The notes: generated by a model from the sequence alone, not told the origin. Shown: positions 18,331-29,178, numbered from the stretch's first letter. The stretch is 64,000 nucleotides of DNA from Macrostomum lignano (GCA_002269645.1 NIVC01002283.1:42871-106870), one strand, 5' to 3'. Program-made: numbers and translations.

Positions 18331-19030
18331 GTCCTATAACGGGTTAGCAACTGCTACACCGCGAGAGATCGACAAACTGTTGCGGTACTTTTATGGTACC
18401 CTTCGCAAGCGGGATGGCGATTATTTTGCTCCGGCCACGTTGATTTGCATTTGAGCTGCCCCTCTACTGGAATTTTATGTCGACAAGACGCATCAATCAA
18501 TATTCTGATGATGAATTCTATACGCTTCCAATGCCACACTAAAGTCAATGGGCAGAATTTTCATTGCCTGAGGTGGACGCGTCCGACACTTCTAGTCTAT
18601 CGAACCTGTCGACATGAAGAGGCTGTCTGACTACGAGCTTCTTTAGTCGGAAATCTCCAGAGGGTGCTATTACGCGGCCGTTCCGCTATCGTTTTCTTCC
18701 TTATTATGTTAATGACTGTACGTTTTATTATCATCACATTATTAATACTACTCGTATCTTTAAAACTACACTAAATATACCGCCTTCATATTGGTTTCCG
18801 TGCATTGAATGCGTTGATGCACGCTAGTTTACTATTGTTGAAATCTTGCGTTTGATGCGCACACGATAAAGAATACATTAAACACGCTCCAGCGTGATAC
18901 AATGTGTTGTAGTGATTATGCGAGTCAGTGCACTTTCCTACGCCGGGCCGGTCTGGCCGTCCTCCCCCCTCTGACTCACCCCACTTTCACTACTGCGCGT
19001 GTGTACCCCCTTACCCCCCTCTGCCTATTC

Positions 19031-19290
19031 TCACTAGGAGGCCCCATGGTATTTCCATGGCTTTCCCTGCGGCAGAGTTCTCCCATGCAAACACATTGAT
19101 CTATGTCTCACTAGGAGGCCCCATGGTATTTCCATGGCTTTCCCTGCGGCAGAGTTCTCCCATGCAAACACATTGATCTATGTCTCACTAGGAGGCCCCA
19201 TGGTATTTCCATGGCTTTCCCTGCGGCAGAGTTCTCCCATGCAAACACATTGATCTATGTCTCATTAGAAGGCCCCATGGTATTTCCGTG
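19031..19290. repeat. 77-bp tandem repeat (about 3.4 copies) upstream of the methyltransferase; dispersed relatives at about 15866-15970 (+) and 20972-21020 (-)
   Basis: TCACTAGGAGGCCCCATGGTATTTCCATGGCTTTCCCTGCGGCAGAG... starts at 19031, 19108, 19185 and 19262. Confidence 0.9.
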
Positions 19291-19464
19291 GCTTCCGTGT
19301 GGCAGTGTAGCCGGAGCGCCGCACGATCGTCTCGGATTGTGCATGAATTGCGGCGCGTTAGTCAACAGCTAAATTTAGCATTCCCACAGGCCCATTTATA
19401 CGAGCGTAAAAGACCGCGTAAAAAAACAGCTTATACCTGCATAGCAAGTCACTAAAATTTCAAG

Positions 19465-20241
19465 ATGGCATACAGCTCCAATTACGAGAACTGGCAGCAG
19501 GAGCACAACAAGGACCGACTGGACTACTACCATCAACAGGAGTTCCGAGACTCATACACAAAAGAAATGGTACGAAAAGCTCTGGGCTGCTACAGATGCA
19601 TCGCTTCTGAGGTAAAAGGTCTCTTCCACTGTTTGGGTGCCAGAATGATGAACCAGAACTGGCCACGGCTGCCAGTGCCTCAGCTCAGCCTCAGAGTCCT
19701 GTCTCTGGGCTCGGGACCCGGCACAGACCTATTGGCTGCCGTCAGGGCCTTCGCCGACGCGTCTGCTGGCGCACCGCTGGAGATAATCTGCACCGGAGTA
19801 GATTTGGCGTCCTGGGACATGAAGCCTTTTGAAACAGAAGTAAATCAGCTCATGGCTATGTGCGAATCAAATATTGCTGTCCACTGGACTATGTACAAAG
19901 GAGACTGTGCCGACTACGTGAGGTACTGCATCGAACACGGAGTGCAGTTCGATCTGGTAATTTCCAGCTACGCCCGGGCGGTAGACAAGATCGAGCTTCT
20001 GGGCCAGGCCGTGCCGCAGATCCTCAGCCTCGGAGGTCGGATTTTCGTTATCGATAACTGCAGTCCTAAACTTACAAATGAACTCAAGGAGCATGGCTTC
20101 TATGTGTCTCAGCCTAGTTATGATAGACGCCCAATTTTTCTTGTAAAAATTCGTAGTATCGAATGTATTAAAAATGTATTTAATGTACCCCCAAATGCTG
20201 TTTACAAGTACATGTATAAACCGAATATCAACCACGCCTAA
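19465..20241 (+). CDS. Class I SAM-dependent methyltransferase-like protein, intronless, 258 aa, substrate unknown
   Basis: Motif I LRVLSLGSGPGTD, acidic end of beta-2 (CTGVDL), GDCAD, FDLVISSY, LSLGGRIFVID; intact ATG-to-TAA ORF. Confidence 0.8.
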   Translation: MAYSSNYENWQQEHNKDRLDYYHQQEFRDSYTKEMVRKALGCYRCIASEVKGLFHCLGARMMNQNWPRLPVPQLSLRVLSLGSGPGTDLLAAVRAFADASAGAPLEIICTGVDLASWDMKPFETEVNQLMAMCESNIAVHWTMYKGDCADYVRYCIEHGVQFDLVISSYARAVDKIELLGQAVPQILSLGGRIFVIDNCSPKLTNELKEHGFYVSQPSYDRRPIFLVKIRSIECIKNVFNVPPNAVYKYMYKPNINHA

Positions 20242-21479
20242 TACTATAGTTATATTTATTATATTATTAATACTGTTTTTAGTATTTTACTATTATTAGT
20301 AAGGTGGATTTTCCAAACTGTATGATCAAATGTTTTTATCCAGAAGGTGACGCTGTCAAGCTTGAATGAACGCTTGCAGCATCACCGAACTCTTCTTTCT
20401 GCTTAACTCTGCATCAAAACAATTCGCTGTTGAAGTAGCTTTTTATGCGCGTCGTTCTGTTCTTGTTAATTATGCTTACTGAGAGGTTAATAGCGAAGTT
20501 AGTTGCTAAACTTCTAATATCTGCACTAGCTCCATCCGGGTATATTCATGCAATGCTTGTCTTGCAAAATCTAACAACTTCATCATTAATATAAAAGTCG
20601 CAACAGTCTCCAACTGCAAATTATCCAGCAGCTCAGCAAATCCCTGAGTCTGGTGCTCGGCACGTGTTTCGGTGTTAAAAAATATTTGTTAATTTTCTAA
20701 AATAATTTCCTAGAGTAGTATAGGGTCCTCTCGTTGTTCGAAGCAGGCTCTGTGGAAAACCACAGCCAGCTCCATCCACAGGTGGATGTTTGAAGCCGTA
20801 GAGAGCTATTATTAGATTAGAGAAATATGGAACCAAAAAGCTCCGTACAAATCGCACACACCGAGTACAGGGGAGTTCATCCGAAGCATTCTTATTGGAT
20901 GAGAGACAACTGGACTGCACATGAGGAAACCTCTCTTGGGGAACTTCCCTCATTGGCAAGCCCCGGAGCGGCGCAGGGAAAGCCGGCCATGGGGGAATCC
21001 ATGGGAAAACCAGGGAAAAGTTAAAACTTTTTCTTCTGCTGGAAGATACGAGTTTAGGAAATTTAGATATAGAAGTGCAAGAAAAGAATGTTACCACTTG
21101 AAGTAAGAATAAGACGAGCCTTCAGAAGAAAGTGCTAGGTAAGATCTATCGGAAGTTTGAGGAGAATGAGGATCAGAGAGTGAGTTGTGAGCACGGAAGC
21201 CATCACCATTATAGGCTTGTGGATAGTTAGCAAAAAATTAAAAGACGTGTCTAAAGACGATTTGAATAAGAGATTTAACAAGTTAAATACATCAGTCGAT
21301 TGTGTTTCAAATGCAAATCGATATTCCACTTATTGTCCACCAAACTACTTAAAGTAATAAGCAAAGTTTGTTCTAAATAAATTAGATAAGAAAAATGCTC
21401 TCCTGTTAAACAACTTTTTGGTTTTTTACATTTTCTAAATTATTCTCGAGTCGTGTCTAACTCATCCCTAGAGTAGATT

Positions 21480-21945
21480 GTAACTCACCCAAATCGTGTG
21501 TAACTCACCCTGTGTCTAACTCACTTCTAGAGTGTCTAACTCACCCTTAGATTAGTGTCTAACTCACCCCTAGAGTGTCTAACTCACTCTTAGATTAGTG
21601 TCTAACTCACCCCTAGTGTGTCTAACTCACTCTTAGATTAGTGTCTAACTCACCCCTAGAGTGTCTAACTCACTCTTAGATTAGTGTCTAACTCACCCCT
21701 AGTGTCTAACTCACCCTTAGATTAGTGTCTAACTCACCCCTAGAGTGTCTAACTCACTCTTAGATTAGTGTCTAACTCACCCCTAGTGTGTCTAACTCAC
21801 TCTTAGATTAGTGTCTAACTCACCCCTAGTGTCTAACTCACCCTTAGATTAGTGTCTAACTCACCCCTAGTGTGTCTAACTCACCCTTAGATTAGTGTCT
21901 AACTCACCCCTAGAGTCGTGTCTAACTCACCCTTAGAGTCAAACT
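21480..21945. repeat. Minisatellite with alternating 18-20 bp and 23 bp units (GTGTCTAACTCACCCCTA[GA] / GTGTCTAACTCACTCTTAGATTA)
   Basis: Higher-order dimer of about 43 bp read directly. Confidence 0.9.
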
Positions 21946-22484
21946 CAGTGTTAGAGTCGCGTTCACCGAACTTAAAGCTTGTAATGTTAAATCCATATAA
22001 TAAAAATGGTCTGTCGGTATCCAGGTAGGTATGTGATCGATTTTAGCAAAACCGGCTCAACCGATTTTCTTCGAACTTGCGAATTGATCAGCCATAGCAT
22101 TCAAATTCATATTCGACTCTAATTATCTAGAGTTAATGCTTAACATTTCTTAAGACTGCGAAGTTCGTAAGTCAACGAAAAGCAAAGTATAAAATCAGAT
22201 GAACATAATTAAGTCTACTTGTTCTGAGGCACTAATGTGAGTTAGACAATGACATGTACTTGAGAATAGCATGCAAGTGTACTGCAAATACGGTCGTATG
22301 ACAGGAATGCGAGTCACATGTAGCTCGTACATGTAATTTAGCTAACGCGTCAGGTTGCCGCCACTCCAGAGCTGGTTAATGCCGCGTGTGCAAACGGACA
22401 ACAGATAGTGACTAGCGAAAGTGTCACACGTGTTCAGTCACTCAGTGTGCAAGCCTCACTGCACTTGCAGAGTCCTCCCTCATC

Positions 22485-23294
22485 TCACATGAGTGAACAG
22501 GTCCACCTGCCCAAGAACCCGGTCTCGACAGTCTCTGCAACATCGCCAGTCAGCTCAGGAGACTCCTCGGGTACCGCTTCAAGACCGTAATTAGTATTAT
22601 TTGTCACCTTAGCCGGGGTCACCAGCACAGCTTCCGCCTGTTCAACATCCTCGGCTTTGTCCGCTGCCTGAGCCTCACCAAGTGGCCCCTCCGACACCTG
22701 GAGCTGCGCTGTCCCTCGGCTCGCTGCCAGCCAGGCTTCTCCCAGGCGCTGCACCAAAAGACTCAGACGTCGCTGCCGCTCCAGCTCGATTGACTGGTCC
22801 GGCTCCCCAGACTTGTCCTCGCCTTCGACTTCGTCCAGCGGCCGCAGCTGACGCCAGGCACTTTGCAACCGCTGCAGAGCGCTGTCGCCTCCGCCGTGCA
22901 ATTCGTTGAGATCGAGGCTGTGGGGTCGCTGGCGCCACATGTCCACCACTACGCTGTGAAACTTAGCCTTCTCCACCTCGGAGAGCTGCAGCTGGCGGCC
23001 CCGCTGGCGCTGCAGGCGCAGCAGCCGTACGGTGTGCTCGCTCATCTCGCTGTCCGTGTCGCCATTACTGGGCAGCGGCGCCCGGGCCAGATAGCAGTTC
23101 AACAGCTTGGCCACCAGCCAGCCGCAAAGGGCGGCGCAAACCATGATTGCCACGGTCACCACCAGACGGAGCGAGGTGGTAGCATTCGGGAGCCGAGTCG
23201 GGTTCATCGGAACGCTGTTATTGACAGCTGCGCCGGCCAGCCAGCTTCCATTCACGGCGGCGTCAACTGCAGAGAGCTGCATGGAGATGCCCAT
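22485..23294 (-). CDS. Orphan single-pass membrane protein, 269 aa
   Basis: Non-repetitive GC-rich ORF; short N-terminal part with NGS/NNS/NAT sequons, TM LVVTVAIMVCAALCGWLVAKLLNCYLA, helical/acidic cytoplasmic tail. No family recognised. Confidence 0.55.
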   Translation of the reverse strand: MGISMQLSAVDAAVNGSWLAGAAVNNSVPMNPTRLPNATTSLRLVVTVAIMVCAALCGWLVAKLLNCYLARAPLPSNGDTDSEMSEHTVRLLRLQRQRGRQLQLSEVEKAKFHSVVVDMWRQRPHSLDLNELHGGGDSALQRLQSAWRQLRPLDEVEGEDKSGEPDQSIELERQRRLSLLVQRLGEAWLAASRGTAQLQVSEGPLGEAQAADKAEDVEQAEAVLVTPAKVTNNTNYGLEAVPEESPELTGDVAETVETGFLGRWTCSLM

Positions 23295-23857
23295 CCAATA
23301 ATTCCAACAATTCTGCAGGCGCGGCCTCTTGCCGTTTGCTTTTCTCTCTTAGCCTGAGGCATTTGCTTATCTCACTTGCCACCCCACCTCCACCCCCTCC
23401 TCAGTAACTCTGAATGCGCAGGCGTCGCATCTGGCCTGTCAGCAAACAATGGGAGGACGGCAGGCAGAGGCAGAGACCCCTGCGACCAGTGTCACCATTA
23501 ACAGCCGAATAACTCACTCAGCACAGCGCTCGGGTGTGTACAGTGCTTGCAGGTTTAGCCACCCCAGTGTCCCGATGCTAAGCTAATTCATGTCAGCTCG
23601 GAGTGGTCAGTCGCGCTTCTGCGCAGCTGTAGAGTGCAGAGGCGGGTACACACAACCTAATTGAGCACACAGCATCAAGGGAAATCCGAGGACAGTTTGC
23701 AGTGACTCAGTGAGTCCTACGACTTATTCATCCCGATCATGTCGCGGGTGCTGGTATACAGTAGATTCCTAAAGTATGTCTACATGTGGCTCGAATGGTC
23801 CTGGATGCCACCCACCTGTTATTAAAGGCAAAAATGGCAATCAAGCTGATGATCTAG

Positions 23858-24225
23858 GAAGATGAAGGACCAAGCTGACGATCTGGGAAGCTGGAGGACC
23901 AACATGACGATCTGGGAAGCTGGAGGACCAACCTGACGATCTGGGAAAGTGGAGGACCAACCTGACGATCTGGGAAGATGGAGGACCAACCTGACGATCT
24001 GGGAAAGTGGAGGACCAACCTGACGATCTGGGAAGGTGGAGGACCAACCTGACGATCTGGGAAAGTGGAGGACCAACCTGACGATCTGGGAAAGTGGAGG
24101 ACCAACCTGATGGTCTGGGAAGCTGGAGGACCAACCTGACGATCTGGGAAGCTGGAGGACCGACCTGACGATCTGGGAAGGTGGAGGACCGACCTGACGA
24201 TCTGGGAAGGTGGAGGACCAACCTG
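23858..24225. repeat. 29-bp minisatellite (GGAGGACCAACCTGACGATCTGGGAAAGT)
   Basis: About 12 tandem units. Confidence 0.93.
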
Positions 24226-24784
24226 AGGCGCTAGATGGCAGTTTCAAATTATTACATGTAATCTACCCGACCATATAAATGAAATAAAAAATATGATTAA
24301 AAAGGTTTTATTCAGTCATGTGTATCCATAATCGTTGCGGATCTATTTTTTGATGTGAACAGAAAAAATAAACAAATCGCTGACCTGTCGAGTACAAAAA
24401 GGTGTTAAAGCGTCAACAGGCGCTACTAGGGACGAGCTCACATAGTAGAGTTTCAAACTCGAGGGAATGAGAAGGAAAACACTGGAGCGGGATTCTGGAG
24501 TCTCTGCAAGTTGAATCGGACTGGAATAGTAACGCAGCGCAAACCGGACTGGCACAGAACATTGCTGGAACAAGAACAACTCTAACTGTAGTAGGCTTTG
24601 GAAACTTTGGAGACAGGGTGACAAGATGGGCGAAGAGGCAACCAGGGAATAAATTAGCAGCAACAAAATTCGGTACAAAAGCGCCGCAATGCACTCTAAT
24701 GGAAAACCAATGTCGAATCGCGATAAGTCGCATTCAATGGGCCAACCAACCTAAACAGTTTCATGTGACACCGAGTACTTTTGT

Positions 24785-25852
24785 TCAGGCTGAATCACCG
24801 CTGGCCCCGGCGGCTTTCGGGGCCTCCTCCGCCTTCTTCACCGGGTTGATGTACCGGAATGAGAACGTGTAGCTCGTGCGACGGGCCATCGGATCCTTGG
24901 GAATCCGGTGGATGTACAGGTCCTCGATCGCGCCCTCCGTGACCACCAGGTCTCCGTGAGCAGAGCGCAGTCTCACGTAGCGATCCTCGCGCCCCTTTCT
25001 CGAGAACTCCAAGTACCTGGCCTGGCCCAAACTCACAGCCGCAATGTACGGGTGCTCACCAAGCGGCTTCTCTTTCTCGCAGTGCCACCCAAGGCTGTCC
25101 CTGCCGTTGCGGTACATGTAGCAAATCACTGCGTTGAACTCCCGCCCAACCGCCTTCTCTACGATCTCCTTCAGGTCCTTCAGCTTCGGGTTCCAGTCGT
25201 TGCAGTTCTCGAACTTGTTGCCAGAATACTCAAAGTCAGGACCGACATAGCAGGTCAGGCGAGGCTCCTGACGCTCCTTGCCATCTTTTGTTGTCGAAGT
25301 CAGCTGCTTCCACGACAGATCCTGCTTCAGACTCTCCATGAAGTTCTCACCGACAGTCCGGTTCAAGAAGCTCGGCATGAACGAGATGCACGCGTGCACC
25401 CCGTCCTTGGTCCTGTCCAGCTGGTAACTGCCAGGCAGGTTGATCTCCACAGGTCCATGGGCCATGTACATCAGCTGCAGCAGATTGATCTGCGGCAGAC
25501 CAGCAATGCTCGACTTTCCTGACTTCTGAACATCACCGTTGCCACCACCACCAGCATTCGTCACTGCCTTGGGCTCACTAGCCGGCTTGTCCTGGTTGTA
25601 AGTCTCATCAAACACAATGGCAATGTTTTCCTTCACGTCCTTGCTTGGGTGCCAGATCTGCAAGTGCTCCTCAATCACCTTGTCTGAGTTGGTGATCATG
25701 CCGCACTGCTTGCACTTGTTCAGCTTCACGTGGATCCTGCAGTTGTGCTCCTTCAGGTGGGCATCTAGAGACGCCACCTTCAGCGTCATGAACTGGCACT
25801 GAGGACAAGCCAGGATCAGGATCTCAGAGGCATCAATCGGGACTTTCTCCAT
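24785..25852 (-). CDS. Double C2H2 zinc finger + AlkB-family (ALKBH2/3-like) 2OG-Fe(II) dioxygenase-fold protein, copy A, 355 aa
   Basis: CPQC-x12-H-x3-H and CKQC-x12-H-x4-H fingers; ALKBH3-like QEPRLTCYVG, WNPKLKDLK, FNAVICYMYRNGRDSLGWH, IAAVSLG, L..GDLVVTEG, HRIPK. Confidence 0.88.
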   Translation of the reverse strand: MEKVPIDASEILILACPQCQFMTLKVASLDAHLKEHNCRIHVKLNKCKQCGMITNSDKVIEEHLQIWHPSKDVKENIAIVFDETYNQDKPASEPKAVTNAGGGGNGDVQKSGKSSIAGLPQINLLQLMYMAHGPVEINLPGSYQLDRTKDGVHACISFMPSFLNRTVGENFMESLKQDLSWKQLTSTTKDGKERQEPRLTCYVGPDFEYSGNKFENCNDWNPKLKDLKEIVEKAVGREFNAVICYMYRNGRDSLGWHCEKEKPLGEHPYIAAVSLGQARYLEFSRKGREDRYVRLRSAHGDLVVTEGAIEDLYIHRIPKDPMARRTSYTFSFRYINPVKKAEEAPKAAGASGDSA

Positions 25853-25992
25853 CTTTACGTCGAATCTGTAATTGGATGAAGCAAATAACCTTACTGCGTT
25901 GTTATGCGATTAATATATCGATGGTAGTTTAAATGCCAATAGGCAAACTGCTTTTAAATGCCTGTGCCATTGCGACACAGAAACTTTATTAA

Positions 25993-26305
25993 ACTTCAGG
26001 GTCCTGCTTAGCTACAGCCTCTGCATAACACTTCAGGGTCCTGCTTAGCTACAGCCTCTGCATAACACTTCAGGGTCCTGCTTAGCTACAGCCTCTGCAT
26101 AACACTTCAGGGTCCTGCTCAGCTACAGCCTCTGCATAACACTTCAGGGTCCTGCTTAGCTACAGCCTCAGCATAACACTTCAGGGTCCTGCTCAGCTAC
26201 AGCCTCAGCATAAAACTTCAGAGTCCTGCTTAGCTGCAGCCTCTGCATAACACTTCAGGGTCCTGCTTAGCTACAGCCTCAGCATAACACTTCAGGGTCC
26301 TGCTT
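25993..26305. repeat. 37-bp tandem repeat (ACTTCAGGGTCCTGCTTAGCTACAGCCTCTGCATAAC), about 8.5 copies, upstream of copy A
   Basis: Tandem units read directly. Confidence 0.93.
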
Positions 26306-27196
26306 ATGGAACCATGTTCTACCGCAAAATAAACAACACAGAAATGCGACGCGCTTAAACCAGGACTGTTTCCTATTTTATTGCAAGATCCAACATCTTC
26401 AAAACAGCGATTCCAAAATGAGCCAACGCTAATAAATTGAGGCGCAAACCGATAGCGCGCTAGCGAGGCGCCAAGCGGTCGGCGTCTCACACGAGCCGGG
26501 CTCCGCTACAGCGGATATTATTAGAACAAAAACTATTTAGTAGTAGAAAACTCCCAATCGCAATGATCAGAGATTGGGTAGGAGCGCGCGACTACACACA
26601 CAAATGTACTTTAATTTAGCAAGCTAAAAATTGCAGAGAACAGACCCAAAACGGGTACTGGAAGCTGATTGCAGCTGTGGTTGATTTATTAGTCTCTTAT
26701 TGATAATATTGCGCAACAGACCTGCATAGAAAAAACAAGACCCGAGTCAGCCACCAGGCCAGCTCACTAGCAAACAAAAGCGAACCTTAAAGTTACGATT
26801 GATAAATAAAAAGCGACAAAGCTGAGAATTTCTGAATACGGAAAAACAATTTAGTACATTGAATGGATAGTTGCAGCGACTCATAGGTGGCCAGGGAGGA
26901 ACAGTCCTGCTTCTTGACTAGCGTGCGACCTGTTGCTTAGTAATATTGAAGGCAATGAGAGGACGCAAACCAACTTACTAAGTAATTCAATAGAAAAACA
27001 GAAAATGGAGCTAACAAAAAAGCGTATAAAGAAAATGAAGATTGCTTAACTTTATTAATAACTTTGAGGATTTATGCTTTTGTTCAACAACTAGCTCGAC
27101 TGTCAAAACTTATCTTTAAACAACAAGCAAGCGAATTAACAAAACACACCGGCAGCTCAGCAGTCCGCAGCATCCGGCAGGGCCGACCGGCACCGC

Positions 27197-28393
27197 TCAC
27201 TTCTTCTTGCCTTTGCCGCTGCCCACCGGGCCGGGGCTCTTGCCCTTCTTGCCAGCCGGGGTCGCGGAGGTCTCCTCAGTGGCAGCCGGCTCCGCCTTCG
27301 GAGCCTCGGCCGGCTTCTCCGACGACTCCGGGGCGGCCTTGGCCGGCGCCTCGGCGACCTTCGGGGCCTCCTCCGCCTTCTTCACCGTGTTGATGTACCG
27401 GAATGAGAACGTGTAGCTCGTGCGACGGGCCATCGGATCCTTGGGAATCCGGTGGATGTACAGGTCCTCGATCGCGCCCTCCGTGACCACCAGGTCTCCG
27501 TGAGCAGAGCGCAGTCTCACGTAGCGATCCTCGCGCCCCTTTCTCGAGAACTCCAAGTACCTGGCCTGGCCCAAACTCACAGCCGCAATGTACGGGTGCT
27601 CACCAAGCGGCTTCTCTTTCTCGCAGTGCCACCCAAGGCTGTCCCTGCCGTTGCGGTACATGTAGCAAATCACTGCGTTGAACTCCCGCCCAACCGCCTT
27701 CTCTACGATCTCCTTCAGATCCTTCAGCTTCGGGTTCCAGTCGTTGCAGTTCTCGAACTTGTTGCCGCAATACTCAAAGTCAGGACCGACATAGCAGGTC
27801 AGGCGAGGCTCCTGACGCTCCTTGCCGTCCTTTGTTGTCAAAGTCAGCTGCTTCCACGACAGATCCTGCTTCAGACTCTCCATGAAGTTCTCACCGACAG
27901 TCCGGTTCAGGAAGCTCGGCATGAATGAGATGCACGCGTGCACCCCGTCCTTGGTCCTGTCCAGCTGGTAACTGCCAGGAAGGTTGATCTCCACAGGTCC
28001 GTGGGCCATGTACATCAGCTGCAGCAGATTGATCTGCGGCAGACCAGCAATGCTCGACTTTCCTGACTTCTGAGCATCACCACCACCAGCAGCATTCGTC
28101 ACTGCCTTCTTAAGCTCACTAGCTGGCTTGTCCTGGTTGTAAGTCTCATCAAACACAATGGCAATGTTTTCCTTCACGTCCTTGCTTGGGTGCCAGATCT
28201 GCAAGTGCTCCTCAATCACCTTGTCTGAGTTGGTGATCATGCCGCACTGCTTGCACTTGTTCAGCTTCACGTGGATCCTGCAGTTGTGCTCCTTCAGGTG
28301 GGCATCTAGAGACGCCACCTTCAGCGTCATGAACTGGCACTGAGGACAGGCCAGGATCAAGATCTCAGAGGCATCAATCGGCACTTTCTCCAT
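27197..28393 (-). CDS. Double C2H2 zinc finger + AlkB-family protein, copy B, 398 aa, with Ala/Glu/Pro/Lys-rich tail ending GKGKKK
   Basis: Near-identical to copy A from the start codon to VKKAEEAPK, then a different C-terminus. Confidence 0.88.
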   Translation of the reverse strand: MEKVPIDASEILILACPQCQFMTLKVASLDAHLKEHNCRIHVKLNKCKQCGMITNSDKVIEEHLQIWHPSKDVKENIAIVFDETYNQDKPASELKKAVTNAAGGGDAQKSGKSSIAGLPQINLLQLMYMAHGPVEINLPGSYQLDRTKDGVHACISFMPSFLNRTVGENFMESLKQDLSWKQLTLTTKDGKERQEPRLTCYVGPDFEYCGNKFENCNDWNPKLKDLKEIVEKAVGREFNAVICYMYRNGRDSLGWHCEKEKPLGEHPYIAAVSLGQARYLEFSRKGREDRYVRLRSAHGDLVVTEGAIEDLYIHRIPKDPMARRTSYTFSFRYINTVKKAEEAPKVAEAPAKAAPESSEKPAEAPKAEPAATEETSATPAGKKGKSPGPVGSGKGKKK

Positions 28394-29178
28394 CTCAGAG
28401 CATGCACAATGAAGAGTTGGACATTTGACAATTGTTCTGACTTATATTTTTTAAATATAATTTGTGTTACAATTAATAAAGCTATTTTAAACAAAAACAC
28501 TAGGAACAAAATTATCTAGAAATAATCAATTGAGAATTTTTTTCATATTCATTCAATTTCAAATATATTTTATTTTTGCCATATCAATATAATTTGCACT
28601 TACCTATTGTATGTTTCTATTGCCAAAAATTTATCTTGAGTCATATGATTTTAACTATGTAACTATAAATGTCTGTAGAATATTTAGCAAAAAATTACTA
28701 TAAAATTTATAACTTCTATTATTATAACTTATATACTCTTCTAATACATATCTAATACTGTTTGAAACAAGGATAATTAGGTAGATAATATTGTAAAATA
28801 CTTTTTTTAAATATTATTCAAAGTTCTAACTTGAGATTCCTAAAAATAATGTAATAAACAAAAAAATTTGCTATAAATTACTTAAAAAACTAAAATAAAA
28901 CATATATATTAATAAATTGTTATAAATAAAGAAAGATATCTATGTATAGAAGATAAGATAATATATAAAAACTTACTTTTAAGAATTTTTAGAATTCTAA
29001 AAAACATTTAATTTAATAAGCCTTATTATAAAGTCTATAAAAGTCCAAAATTAAAAATTATTTTTTAAATAATAATCAATTTTAAATTTTTTTCAATGTC
29101 TTAAATATTTAAAAAGTGAGACAAACTTCCTTTATTAATAAATTGAATATAATTACTATTTAGTTAATTTAAGTTTGG

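Noticed and set aside
24343-24678. ORF with a hydrophobic N-terminus (YRILLLLIYSLVASS)
   Set aside because: It starts at a non-ATG codon, lies in the probable 3' UTR of AlkB copy A, and lacks host-like codon bias.
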